Origin: Geosiphon pyriformis uo1
Taxonomy: Eukaryota; Fungi; Glomeromycota
Direction: 5' to 3'
DNA: 64,000 nucleotides
NCBI GenBank assembly: GCA_016748015.1
Contig: JAAOMT010000525.1
Coordinates: forward strand, 255,636-319,635
The notes under the pieces were generated by a model. The model saw only the letters and a list, made by a program, of their open reading frames with translations. It was not told the origin of the DNA and did not search any database. This document shows positions 13,286 through 26,785 of this stretch, in pieces. The first letter of the stretch is position 1, and each line of letters begins with the position of its first letter. Both the position numbers and the translations under genes were made by a program.

Positions 13286-13990
13286 TATTATGATTAAATA
13301 TAATATATTAATAAATAGTAAAAAAGAACAGTATTGTATAATAATAAAAATAATAAAAGAATAATTCAACTTTAATAAGCAAATTAAATTAGTAAGGATA
13401 CAATATGTAAAAATAGTCTTATAAATATTTTAGTCATTATTCTTTTCAAAAAATAACAAAAAAATCTAAAAATAGAAGAATAGTTTATATTGTCAACAAA
13501 AAATAATATACTAATATAATTTTGTATTTTATATAAGTATTTTTACAATATTAGATATCAATTGTACTTTTTAATAAATGTTTATTCAATATACTTTATA
13601 AAAATTAACAATTATACAAATTAAAAAAAAAAAAAGAAAATAAATAGTAAAAAGAAAATAAAAAAGTTGATATTATTATATTGATCTTTGTTTTAAATAA
13701 ATTTTTGATTAATATATAAATGTATTTCTACAACTTTAAAAAATTTTACTTATATACTTTTGAAAAAAGATTAATAATTAAATTAGTAATTACATTAATA
13801 ATTTAATTAATAATTAAGTTAATAATTGGATTAATAATTAAGTTAATAATTAAATTAATAATCAAATTATTGATCAAATTAATAATTATATTATTGATTA
13901 TTTTTAAAAATAAGATAGCTAATTAATAATATTAATAATAATACATGTAATTAACTATAATTAAATAAATAAAAAATAAAAGTTTTAAAA
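13286..13990 (-). mobile_element. Decayed LTR related to the 20334-21035 LTR
   Basis: 13286-13620 aligns by eye with the reverse complement of the LTR 3' half (e.g. aattcaactttaa..agcaaatt, tagtcttataaa, attcttttcaaa, tattgtcaacaaa). Eroded 12-bp tandem units at 13790-13900. Confidence 0.7.
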
Positions 13991-13999
13991 ATAACAATA

Positions 14000-16900
14000 T
14001 TATTGTTTACTCAAAAACATAAATAAATATTTGGATTATTTTTAACAAATCATTAATTTTTTCAAAAATACTTAACTTAAAATTAATTCAATAAAATCAT
14101 TTTTTAAATAACAATTTACTTAGTTTATAGAATATTTTATAATAAAAAATAAAATTTTTTTGGATTTAGCCAAAATAAAAAAAGTACAAAAACTTAAATA
14201 CTTAATAAATTTACAATATTACAATCTTTTTTGAACTACTTTTTTATTATTAAAAATTTTTCTGAAATTGCATATTTATTTATAAAATAATATTAAAAAC
14301 TTTCAAAAAAACTGACTTTTAAATTAATATTAAAGCAGCTTAATTTTAACAAGTTTTTTATTTTTTATACTAAAATTTTAATGTTTTTCTTAATACTATC
14401 TTATCATAAAAAATAATAAAAAAAAAAAACATATTATAATATATAAAATAAAACTATTTAACAAGCTAAAAAGAATTACATTATTGTTAAAACAAAAAAA
14501 TTTCTATTAAATTATATATTTGTATAAATATAATTATAAATTCAAGTATTACAAAAAAAACAATTAAAACACAAAAATTTTATTTTAATTGATTATTTAA
14601 TAAGAAAAATAATTGATATTAACCAATTATTTTAAATTAAACACAGTAATAAATTTAAAAACTATTTAATATTTATGAATTTTTAAATAAAAAACAAAAT
14701 TAATCAAAATACAATTAAAAATAAAAAAAGCATTTGCAAAACAATTAAATTATATTAAAAAACCAAAAAAATTTTGATTAATTTTAAAGAATTATTTAAT
14801 TTAAGAAAAAAAATTTTGATATAATATACACACTAATTTTTTTAGTATGATATTTCAAAAAAACAAAAATAAATTAAAAGATATTAAGAAAATATTATTT
14901 ATTGATTATAAAAAATATATTAGAGAATACATTAAAATCTGTAATATTTATTAATAAAAAAATAAATCCAATTAAAAAAATATTTAACCAAATAACTATT
15001 TTAATTGTTGATTTTATATATATATAAAATTATATATAAATATTAAATAGAATTACTTTTAAATAAAATAAAGAATTGTTTTTAGTTTATTGATAGAAAT
15101 TTTTTTAAAAAAACAAACTTTTTTATTATTATTATTTATAAACAAATAGATTAATAAATATTTTAACAGATTGCTATGTAAAATTTTAATAAAAACCAAT
15201 AAAAAAAACAAACTTATAAAATAAAATTTTGTTTTTACCATTTTTTGTTTATTAAACAATAAATTATTATATAATTAATTATAAATTTTTCTACTTATTA
15301 TAAGTTAAATTAATAAAAATTCAGCTTTTAATATAATTAAATAAGTTAATTGGATTTAATAATAGTTTGGTTTTTTTTAATAATTGGTTTGTAAAACTAA
15401 TTGATTGTTAAAATTATTTTTGTTGTTAATTAAGTAAAAATAATTTAAAAATATAAATTTGTTTAATTATATTAATTTTCTGGCTGGTATTTATATTTTT
15501 AAACTAATAATAATTGTTTATAGTATTATTACATTAATAATCTTGGTAAATAATAATTTTATAATCATAATTAATAATAAAATTGGAATTGTTTTTACTA
15601 ATTTTATTTTTTTTTACAATTTATTTTTCTAATTTTTAAAAATAACAATAGAAAATTGTTTTAATTTTAATATTAATTAATGAAATGATTATCAATTTTT
15701 TTTAGTTGTAAGACTTGTTTTTTTTTATAGTTAAATTAACAAGTTTTGTGTTAATTTGTTTTTTTATAACTATTTTGTTGATTTTAATATATTAAATTTT
15801 TTAAGAAGTTTGTCTTTTAATTTTGCAATAAATTAGTTAAGAATTTAAATATTAAAATAATTATTATTGTTTTTAACTGTTTAATATTTTAAAAAATTTG
15901 TTAAATTTTCTAAAATTAATAGTAACAGATTTAAAAAAATTTTGTTTAATAATTTAAATTAATTTTGAAGAGTAATAAAAATATAATTATTAATAAATTG
16001 ATTAATAAAAACAGTTTTAAATATTTGTTATTTAGCAGAAAAAATGGCTATAATTTCAATATATTTGTCTGTTATTCTTTAAAAAAAATAGGATATTGAT
16101 TTTAATGTTCTGGTTTTTGTCTTTTTATTAATATATATTGCTTTTATTATATATTAAATCATTTTTAAAAACTAGTTTTAATTTTTATTTGAAAATTTAG
16201 AAGTTTTTGTTTTATTTTTATTTTTTAAATAAGTTCAGAAATGTTTTTGGCAATTTTTGGTTTTTATTTTTTTTGGTTTTTTGAATAAATACTTTGTTGT
16301 TGTTTTTTAAATAGTCAATTAAGCTAATAATAAAATGAATTAGTTTTTTGTTGTTAAATTAAGTTTTTTGGTAATGTAAACTCTTCTGGTATTAAAAAGC
16401 AAACAAGCAATGAATTAAGTATTTAAGTTTAAACAAATAATTTTAAAAATAATATGATTAAAAGTGATAGGTTTTTATTAGTTTTTTGTTTAAGTATTTG
16501 AAATTATTTAATAGTTATTTCTGAAATATTGTGTATTGTTTAAACAAGATTTCGAATTTTTTTGTTTTTTGTTATTGCTGTTTTCTGTTTTAATTTTAAT
16601 TTAAGTAAAAATTATTGTTTAATTAAATATTTTTTTTTATAAAACTTTACAATGTTTTAATCAAGTTTTTAAAAGTAAGTTTGATAAATACCAGAATTAA
16701 TAGTTTCTATTTTTATTATTAAATAATAAATTAAGTTTTAAAAAGATTGTGTTTTATTTTTGTATTATTGTAATTTTCAAATAAATAGTTGTTAATTTAA
16801 TTTTCAAAATATTTGTAAAGTGTTTTTTTACAACTAAAATTTTATTAAATTTTAAAATTTATGCTTATAGTAAGTATAAATTAACAAATAGTATTTTAAA

Positions 16901-17245
16901 ACTATTATGTTAAAAATATTTACTATTTTTTTTGCTGTGTTAAAATTTTAAAAGAATATTAAATGTTATTAAAGATATTAGTCATTATTTTTAATGTTGT
17001 TAATACTAAATTTATAGTAAATAATATTATTAATAAAAGTTTTTGACTTTTTAATAAGTTATGTATTTTCAAAGTATTTTTTTATAATTTAAATCTTGTA
17101 TAATATTAAGTTTATTAATTTTATGCCAATAACTTTTATGTAATTACTTTAATAATTTAAAGTTTATTTTTTTACAAATAATTTTAATTATATACTTTTC
17201 AATAAATAAAATAAAAAAATAAAAATAATTTAATAATATAGTAAA
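14000..17245. other. Extremely AT-rich tract, probably unrecognisable retroelement relics
   Basis: No credible ORFs and almost no G/C, flanked by identifiable TE relics. I could not assign a family. Confidence 0.4.
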
Positions 17246-17253
17246 GTAGAAAT

Positions 17254-18340
17254 TAAAGCTCTGAAAAAGTCGAATCAACTTTTTTTGACTTGGTACTTAA
17301 TTTGTAAAAGTTAAATTCGAGTTATAAATATTTTGATTCAGAATAATATGAGTTAAAATCTCATGACTTGACTTAACTTGCCAAGTTTTATATATAGTTG
17401 ATTAAATCTTAATTTAACTTTTTTTAACTTAAAAAATAACAAATAATCAAAATAATATATTTGTTCCTGAAAATAATATGTTTAATAATAATATTAAAAT
17501 AGATACTATTGTTACTATGATTAAAAAAAAGAAATAAATATGGGTTTAGAATCTTTATAAACAAACAAAATATGTTTATTTCTTAAACAGACTTCCAATT
17601 TCTGATATTTAACAACATTTTTTTTTGGTTATTATGCATTATTCTTTTTTTATAGTTGTAATAAAGCAAAGAATTAATTTTATTAATAAAAGTATAAACT
17701 TAATTATTTACAACTACAAGCATTAATAAATATAAATCTACTTAATAATTTTACAGTTTTAAATAATTTTTTCAATTTTTTTATTATCAAGAACTTATAT
17801 ATATTATTGTAAAAAAAATAATAATTACAAAATAGAAAATATTAGTATTTTAGATATTTTCTTTATTAAATACTCTGATAACAACTAAAATAACTTTTTT
17901 TTATAATTAAAAATTCATATATACTTTTTTTTTAATTAATAGTTGGAATTATTTACATATTAACACTATTTATCTGTCCAAAACTCGAACTTTAAGAACT
18001 TATAACCATAATATTTATATTGTTAATACTATTTTTTATAGATAAAAAAAGTTATTAATAATAAAACAAAGCTTTAGAATAATTAAGTACTTAATATTTA
18101 CTAATAATAAACATAAAATTCATCTTTATTTATCATAATTTATAGTTTTTTTATAAATTGAATATTATTTTTTCTATTGATTGAAAATCTAATAAAATCT
18201 TTATATATAACCAATAATGAATCGAGTTGAATTATAGGTAACTAAACTTAACTCAATTTCTTAAAAATAAAATTTTTTTAAGTTGAGTCTAAGCCAGATC
18301 AAAACTCGATTCAACTCGACTCAACTTGTTAAGAGCTTTA
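17254..18340 (+). mobile_element. Non-autonomous TIR DNA transposon (hAT-like MITE), copy A, 1087 bp
   Basis: TIR TAAAGCTCT...AGAGCTTTA, subterminal 5-bp repeats (ACTCG/ACTTG/ACTCA), 8-bp TSDs (see findings). Aligns end to end with the reverse complement of 19150-20219. Confidence 0.88.
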
Positions 18341-19149
18341 ATTATTCCCAATAAAATTATTATTTAAACTTATAAATTCAAATTATTATTGTTATTATCA
18401 AATCTATTAATAATTATTCTGTATTAGCAAATACTAAAGACATATTATTATTAATTATTACTAAGATACTAATTTCTTATTTTTTATTTTATTATTTTTG
18501 TTATTAAGTTACTTATAAAAAAACTAGTATTAAAAAATATAATATTATGAATAATAATTTGTAAAAAATGCACATTATAAGTATAAAATTAATTTATTAA
18601 AGTTGAATAGCTTACTAAAAAAATAAAAATGAGAACAGACTTGTCAAAAAAAGCAAAAAATGTTAAATACTAATATTACCAGATGAAATTTGAATTACTA
18701 AAAACATAAAATTATTCTTATAAGTTTTGCTATTAATTAATATATATTATTAATTTCGATTTTATTTTTTATTATTAGCCAAATCATTAATTATTATTAT
18801 TTAATTAATAATTAAAAATATTTATTAGTTTACTAAAATATACAGTTAGTTTTCAAAATTTATAAAAATATTAACAAAAAAAGAGTATTAAAACTCGAAA
18901 TAGTATTATAACTAAATATACATAAAAAAAACTTCTTTTTTCGAAACAATAAATCTTATCTTAAAAATATTAATTTTTTAATTAGTTATTATAAATCAAT
19001 AAAATAAAATCATTATTGAAAAAATCAAACTTTTTCATAAATATTTTCTTTAAAATTAATTATTTTTGGTTAATATTTTGAAATTAATTAGTTACCAATT
19101 TCAGTAGACCAAATTAGTTTTTTTTAGATTTGCAAAGAATTATTTCTAC

Positions 19150-20219
19150 TAAGACTTTTAATAAGTCAAGTCAAATCAAGTCTTGATTTAGCTTAGACTC
19201 AATTTGGAAAATTTTTATTTTTTAGAAATTAAGTTAAGTTTAGTAGTCTATGACTTAACTTGACTTATTATTGATTACATATAGAGATTTATTAGATTTT
19301 TAACCAATGAAAAAATAATTTTCAATTAATAAAAAAACTATAAATTATAATAAATAAAGATAAGTTTTATGTTTATTATTAGTAAGTATTAAGCATTTAG
19401 TTATCTTAAAGTTATGTTTTACTACTAATAACTTTTTTTATTTGTAAAAAATAGTATCAGCCATATTGATATTATGGTTATGAGTTCTTAAAATTCAAGT
19501 TTTAGGTGGATAAACAGTATTATTATGCAAATAATTCCAATTATTGATTAAAAAAAAAGTATATATGAATTTTTATTTAAGAAAAAAAGTTATTTTTATT
19601 GTTGTTAAAGTATTTAATAAAGCAAATATTTAAAATACTAATATTTTCTATTTTTATTGTTATTATTATTTTTTACAAATAGTATATATGAGTCTTTAAT
19701 AATAAAAAAATTGAAAAAATTATTTAAAATCATGAAATTATCAAGTAGATTTATTAATGCTTATAATTATAAATAATTAAATTTATATTTTTATTAATAA
19801 AATTAATTCTTTGCTTTGTTATAACTATAAAAAAAAGATAATACATAATGGCTAAAAAGAGTTATTAAATATCAGAAATTGGAAGTTTATCTAAGAAATA
19901 AACATATTTTGTTTGCTTATAAAAGTTCCAAATTCATGTTTGCTTTTTTTTAATTGTAATAACTATAGTATCTACTTCAATATTACTATCAAACATATTA
20001 TTTTCAAAAAAAAAATATTATTCTGATTATCTGTTATTTTTCAAGTAAAAAAAGCTAAATTGAGATTTAATCTATTTATATATAAAACTTAGTGAATTGA
20101 ATTAAGTTATAAAATTTTGACTTATATTATTTCAAGTCAAAATATTTATGACTCAAACTTGACTTTTACAAGTTAAGTACCAAGTCAAAAAGAGTTAACT
20201 CGATTTTTTTAGAGTCTTA
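19150..20219 (-). mobile_element. Non-autonomous TIR DNA transposon (hAT-like MITE), copy B, inverted relative to copy A, 1070 bp
   Basis: Ends TAAGACTTT...AGAGTCTTA. Reverse complement of 20161-20219 matches 17254-17312, and 19150-19245 matches the reverse complement of 18240-18340. Confidence 0.88.
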
Positions 20220-20333
20220 AGAATAATTTTAACTCAAAAATAAAAATAGCTTTTAATTTTTTGATTGTCTAATTGCTAAATGTTTTTATATTGTTAAATA
20301 TTTCTTTCAATTAATTAATACTATTTTTAATAT

Positions 20334-21035
20334 TGTTACAGTTGAAACTTATACTTCTTATTAATTATTACATGTATTAGTTATTGATGTCATTAGCCAC
20401 TCTATTTTTAGAAAGTGATCATTGACCTAATCATTAACCTGATTATTGACCTGATCATTGACCTAGTTGTTAACCTAATTATTGACCACTTTTGATAGCT
20501 ATATAAGCAATGAATCTTTTAGCTATAAAAAAGTATGAAGAAATAAAGAAATGAAAAAATCAAAAGAAATAAATAAATAAAATAACAACTTTCATCTCAA
20601 TCATTCTCTTATTGCTAAATTCTTTTTCCCTACTTTCAAGTATCTGAACATCTTAAAGATAAAAAATTACTTGTTGGTTATTCTTTATTCTTTTTCTGAA
20701 ACGTGTAATTGCAGCATTTTGAAGATTATTGAATAAAATGTGACTGAAGAGCATATTTGATACTTGATATTAAATTCTAAGAGTGCTGATGTAAAGCATA
20801 GAATTATACCAAGTGTGATCATTTGTTGACAATACAGACTATCTTTCTACCTTCAGATTCTCCAATTATCTTTGAAAAGAATAGTGACTGAGATATTTTA
20901 TAAGACTAATCTCACACATTGAATCCATACTTATTCAATTTGCTCTTTAAAGTTGAATTTACTTTGATTTTTTTCATCACTCTACAATCCTGTTCTCCTT
21001 TGTTATTCATTAGCTTGTTATTCTAACCCATAACA
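20334..21035 (+). repeat. Gypsy-1 5' LTR (702 bp)
   Basis: TGTTACAGTTGAAAC...CCCATAACA; direct repeat of 27412-28181; 12-bp TGACCTGATCAT-type tandem units; TATATAAG at about 20500. Confidence 0.96.
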
Positions 21036-21041
21036 TAAAAG

Positions 21042-21058
21042 TGGTGCTCCCTGTGAGG
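21042..21058 (+). promoter_or_regulatory. Primer-binding site of Gypsy-1 (probably elongator tRNA-Met)
   Basis: TGGTGCTCCCTGTGAGG, 6 nt after the LTR; complementary to a tRNA 3' end CCUCACAGGGAGCACCA. Confidence 0.8.
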
Positions 21059-21619
21059 TTGTCAAAATCCACTTTGTTTTTTATTGTATAGGTAATTATT
21101 CATACCTGCCACAACAATCAGAAGAACACTTTAAAGCACACAACAAAAATGATCTAGATTTTATTGAATTCAATCTTTTGTCCTTTTGCTTAATTTGCTT
21201 TCTCATTGAAAAACAATTCAGCAGACAATTCCAAGACTTTTGGAACTCTTCAGTTTGCACTCATTTTTTAAGTTTAAAGCTTGTGAAGTAAGGAATAAAC
21301 CTCAAATGTCTGGTTTCTGAATGAGCATTCAGCTGAAACCTACACAGCTTATACAACCTATTACTTTAACCAAGCTTTTTTTGAAGACAACTTTGAAGAA
21401 AGAAACAACAGTATCAATTAGCTCTTATATTCTGTAATCTTTGAACAACAGCCCTCTGATTTGAAATATCTGAATCATCAAATCCACATTTGGATTGCTG
21501 CTCATTAATCAACAGAAACTCCTCTTGAAACAGAAGAAGAAAGCTATTAAACTGCTCTTGTTTTTGATCTTTTTTCAAGTGAATTAAAACACTCTACACA
21601 AACTGTTACACCTGAACCA

Positions 21620-22689
21620 ATGGCTCAAGAACCTTTACAACAAAACATTCTGATTGCCCTCCAAGGTATACAGACTGCTTTAGGACAAAGAAACAACACC
21701 CTATTACTATTAATCAGAGATGATGCCCAAGATCCAATCAAATGGCTAGATGATTTTGAGAAAACTGCCACAGTAAACCAATATAATAATGAATACAAGT
21801 TTTAAATCGTTGGTGGCTACCTCTAAGGCTCTCCTGCTACTTGGTTCTTACAAAAAATTAATGCCAATGCTCAACAAAAAATTATTAGATAGGCACCAGC
21901 AAATGCTAGAAAAGACAACATCTCTTTTACTATTCAGTTTGAAACAAAATTCAGAATTCCAATATTAATATCCAAATGGCACATGGAACTGGAAAGAAAA
22001 ACCCAAAGCCCTAGAGAAGTAGTGACAAAATATGCCAAAGCAATAAGAAAACTTATTAAATGAGTAGATTCTGGAAGAAATTGGACAGAAGAGCAGAAAA
22101 TACATTCCTTCACAAAAGAATTGAGAACTGATCTATCATATGCTCTTTGGCCTCTCTTGGCTTTAAAAAACAACCCAACAATGGACATGGCCATTGAACT
22201 TGCCCAATGAATTGAAAACAACCAAAGGATGCATTTGGGATCCATGCTTCTGCTTCTATTATGGCTCCTGCTCCACAAATGGCTGCGACCTTTTTTGCTG
22301 CCCAAACTTAAAACCCAAATGAACATTTAATAGATAGGCTCACAGCAAATCTTGCCTGACTATTAGAACCTTTGGCCCAAGCAGTTAAAGAAAATCAACA
22401 ACTCCAAAGACCCAGATTTGAACTTTGCTTCAATCAGCCTCAACAACCACCATATCAAAGACAGCAAAATTGTGATCCACCTGTGTGCTATTGCTGTGGA
22501 CTAACTGAACACTTTTTAAGAAACTGCAACAATCCTCTATTGTCCCCTCCAGCTCTTAAAAACAATGACAATCAAAACAACAGAACCACCAACAATAATG
22601 TTCCCAACCAAAGACCCAATCATGCCAACATCAATTTCTTTAGAGAGGATCCCCTAGTTGAAGCCACTGTTTATCAGCCTTTAAACTAG
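21620..22689 (+). pseudogene. gag: Gypsy-1 gag (capsid-like region plus CCHC knuckle), disrupted; may extend upstream to about 21100
   Basis: QDPIKWLDDFEKTATVNQY capsid-like motif; CYCCGLTEHFLRNC knuckle; several premature stops. Confidence 0.88.
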
Positions 22690-22722
22690 TAGGTGCACTT
22701 CCAAAGGGTAAGAGTGCAAGCC
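22680..22722 (+). promoter_or_regulatory. Candidate -1 programmed ribosomal frameshift signal at the gag/pol junction
   Basis: T TTA AAC heptamer in the gag frame immediately before TAG. The -1 frame is open into the pol ORF at 22776. Downstream stem TGCACT...AGTGCA. Confidence 0.8.
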
Positions 22723-25700
22723 AATCAGAAAAAAACTTTTTTTATGCTTTTAACCTAACTGATAATGATTATGATATGGATGAACTAGCAATCAACACCT
22801 CTGAATCAACCAGAAAGAAGAAGAAAGCCAAGGCTAACTTTATCTTAGACCCAAACAAAACATTCAAATCATCTGCTAACAACAACAAGCCACCAAAGGT
22901 TAAAGTTTTTAAAAATTTTCCAAAGTTAGAACCCCTAAAAATTGTACAAAAATCTGAATTCTATTTTGTTGTTAAAGATTTCATAAAAACCCCAGCACAC
23001 ATTACATTTGGCCAACTAATGACTCATCCACAGTTTAGAAAAGATCTTCACAAATCATTGATACCAAAGAAGAAAACACCAAAGACCAATAAATGCCCAT
23101 GTCAAGCTGGACTTGCTGACAACAGCAATGTTACCCCTCTGATTTGCAAAGCCCAAGTGGCTGGCTACTTTATTGACTTGATTCTAGACAGTGAATTATC
23201 TGTCAGTGTAATTGCCAAACACTTTCTGGAAGCCATTGGAAGAAAAATTGATGAGCCTTCCACAAGACCAATAACTAATGTACATGGTGACAAGAAGAAA
23301 AGTCTGGGCATAGCCAAAGCTATTCCTGTCCACATCAATAGTATCAGCATTGAAACAGATATGGAAGTATCTGAAGCAAAAAAGTACATCATCATTGTTG
23401 GTAATAAATGGTTTAAAAAAGCCAAAGCACTACTTGACTATAAACTTTGTAAGCTAACCATCAGATATAGTGAGAAACCCATTGTGGTTAAATGCCGACA
23501 TTGAACAACTCCTCCAGTACCCAAGCAGAACCAAAAAGAAGAACAATCAGATGAATCAGATAATAATGAGAGCAATGATGAAAAAGATCAAAAAGAACCA
23601 GAAGAAACTGCTGAACTTGTTTATACCATCTTCACCAGCAATAGCAAGCCACTGGACAATGTTAAAGCTAACAAAGAAGAAATCATGGTAAATGGCAAAC
23701 TAATTTGCTGGCCCTACTATGATATCCTCAGAAGAATCTTTGACAAGAAACCTAGCAAGAAAGCAAAATACAGTTATTGGTGTTATGGCTTTTGTGCACA
23801 GTACTAGTGTAATAAACCTTTGTATTCACCAAGTGATGAATGCAAATCCTGCTTAATCTACTACAAAGATTGGAAACCAATTAGCTTAATACCTTAAGAA
23901 GAACTTAAAGAAATACAAAAGTTTTTTGAGAATGAACCACCTAAAATCCAATCACTAGTTGTAGAACAAAGAAAACCTTTCCCTAAAGAAAAAAAAGTAA
24001 ACATTGAAAATCTGTTGCCTAGAAATAGCCTAGTTATCTCAAAAGAAAGTGATGCCCTTGGACGAACTTATGTGATACAATACACTATCACCACCAAAGA
24101 AACTTACCTTATCCATTTGAAGCCTTATCAATTCAATTGACACAATAATGAGTTTATCAAAAAAGAGATAAACCGGATAAAAGATCTTGAATTCATATAA
24201 GAAACCAAGAGTAAATGGGCTTTTCCAGTTGTAGTGGTATCCAAGAAAGGTGGAACCCTACACTTCTGTGTTGACTACTACCAATTAAATGCCATTACTA
24301 TAAGAGACATGTACTCACTTCCCAAAATTGATGCAATGCTAGATAAATTCAATGGTGCTGCTTTCTTCTCAACCATTGACTTAACTGCTGGATTCGGGCA
24401 AGTAGAGATGAATTCAAAAAGCAGAAAGAAAACTGCTTTTATCACCAAGTATGGCATCTATGAATTCACAGTCATGTCTTTTGGTCTCACCAATGCTCCT
24501 TCCACCTTTCAATGTTTGATAGACAAAGTATTTGAATCAGTAAAAAAAAACTTTGTCTGGTCTACTTAGATGACATAATAGTCTACTCAAAAATCTGGGA
24601 TGAACATCTTGAACATTAACAGAAGGTTTTTGACCTGCTCAGAAATGCTGGCCTTAAGATTAACCCAATTAAATCTTTCTTTGGACATCAATTCACCCAG
24701 TTTCTTGGTCATTTGATTACAAAAGATGGAATCTTCCCTGATCCAGCTAAAGTTAAAAAAGTTCAGAACATTAGACAATTAATAAATGTTCTTGAACTAT
24801 GCTCTTTTCTTGGTTTGGCCTTTTACTATCACAAATTTGTAAAGGATTTCTCCAAAATTGCCTTTTTTCTCAATCAGCTACTCAAGAAAAATGTCAATTA
24901 TTACTGGAGCACTTATCAACAAAAAGCTTTTGAAATTCTGAAGGAAAAACTTGTTACTGAACCAATTCTCAAGCAACCTAATCTAGACCAACCTTTCATC
25001 CTCCACACTAATACATCTGGCTATGGACTTGGTGCTGTTTTTTCACAGAAAGATGAAAATGACAGAAAACATGCCATAGCATATGCCAGTAGATTCTTTA
25101 CACCAGCAGAAAAAAACTATTCAGTTACCAAACAGGAATACTTAGCAGTAGTCTGGGCTACTAATTACTGGGATCAATATCTTTTTGGTGCAAAATTCTT
25201 AGTGATAACAGATTATCAAGCCTTGGTTTGGCTCCACAATAAAAAGAAGCTAGAACACAAATGAATAAATTGCTGGATATTCCACTTGGATAAATTCAAC
25301 TATGATATTCAACACCACAAAGAAGCAAATCATCAAAATGCTAACACTCTTTTTAGACTTACCATCCAGTAATAATACAACCTCTTAAACCAAATCAACT
25401 TAATTATTAATTCTTTCATAAACAAACATAATAATGGACTTGAACAACTACTCTGCTTTAATGAAATTTTTGGGTAAAGGACAATATCCACCAGAATACA
25501 CCTGATAGCAAAGAGAAAAATTGTGCAAACAATCAAATTTCTATTTAATCTATCAGAACCAATTATACAAAAGAAACAAAAAAGATCCTGACTGCCCCCA
25601 GAGAGTCATTAGATTTGAAAAAAGAGAATTTGTAATATACAACATGCACATTGACCCATTAGTTGGACACTTTGGAAAAACAAAAACAATTCAGAAAATT

Positions 25701-26744
25701 TTAGCTTGCTATTATTGACCTACCTTGGGAAAAGACATTGCTGAATACATTAAAACCTGTGACATCTGCCAAAGAAGAGGCAAACCCAATCACAAAAAAG
25801 ATATCCATCCAATCTCTATTGGTCAACCATTTGACAGAATTGGTATAGATGTTGTTAAATCTTTAACAATCACTCCTAATGGCAACAGATATATTATTAC
25901 AGCTACTGACTATCTTACAAAGTGGGTAGAAGCAAGAGCCACCCCAGATCAAACAGCAGTCTCAATAGCCAATTTCATTTATGAAGATATCATCTGCCAT
26001 TATGGCTGTTCCAAAAAACTTTTATCTGATAGAAGAAGAGCTTTTCTCAATACACTGGTTGAAGAACTTTGCAGAAAAATGAGAATACATTATAAAATTT
26101 CCTTCCTTTATTACCTTCAAACAAATGGCCTAGTGGAATGTTTCAATAGAACATTATGTGAAACCCTAGCCAAAACTAATGAAGAAACAAACTTATGGAA
26201 CAAAGTACTGTCTTCAGCTTTGTTTGCTTATAGAAATGTGAATTATAACATAACAAGTTATGAACCTTTTTATCTGCTCTATGGATACATGGCAACACTA
26301 TCAATAGAAACTGATATTGAAACAATACCCTTTGAAGAGATCACAATAGGGAATTACAAAGCCATTTTGTAAAGAAAACTTGGTACCATTCTTGACTTCT
26401 TGGTAAAAGCACAAATAATTGCTTTTAAAAAGATAAAACAATTCCAAGAAAAGCTTAAAAAAAAAACCTATAAAACACTTTCTTTAAGTGTTGGTGACTT
26501 GGTACTAGAATACTGTTCTAACAGAAACAATATTTATGGTGATAAATTTTCTAACTAGTGAAAAGGACCCTTTATAGTCAACAAAGTCTTGAACAATGGT
26601 TTTTATATTCTTCAAGATCAATTCAGAACAATCTTCAATAATTATCTTGTTCATGGTACACGACTCAAGAAATATCATAAACGACCTAATTGGCTGCCTG
26701 TTGTGGTAATACTAACTCAAATAATCAGCAAAAATCAAGTATAA
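22680..26744 (+). pseudogene. pol: Gypsy-1 pol (protease, RT, RNase H, integrase with GPF motif), disrupted
   Basis: LILDS protease motif; FCVDY, FGLTNAPSTFQ and YLDD in RT; FILHTNTSGYGLGAV and AIAYASR in RNase H; H..GHFG..CDICQ, RIGIDV, LLSD and TNGLVE in integrase; KGPFIV. Many stops and frameshifts. Confidence 0.95.
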
Positions 26745-26785
26745 ATAAATGCACCATTCCCAAAACAGAGGTATCTTCAATCGAC

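Noticed and set aside
21247-21310. Possible 64-bp foreign insertion in the Gypsy-1 leader/gag region
   Set aside because: Suggested only by a frame break; it cannot be supported without other copies.
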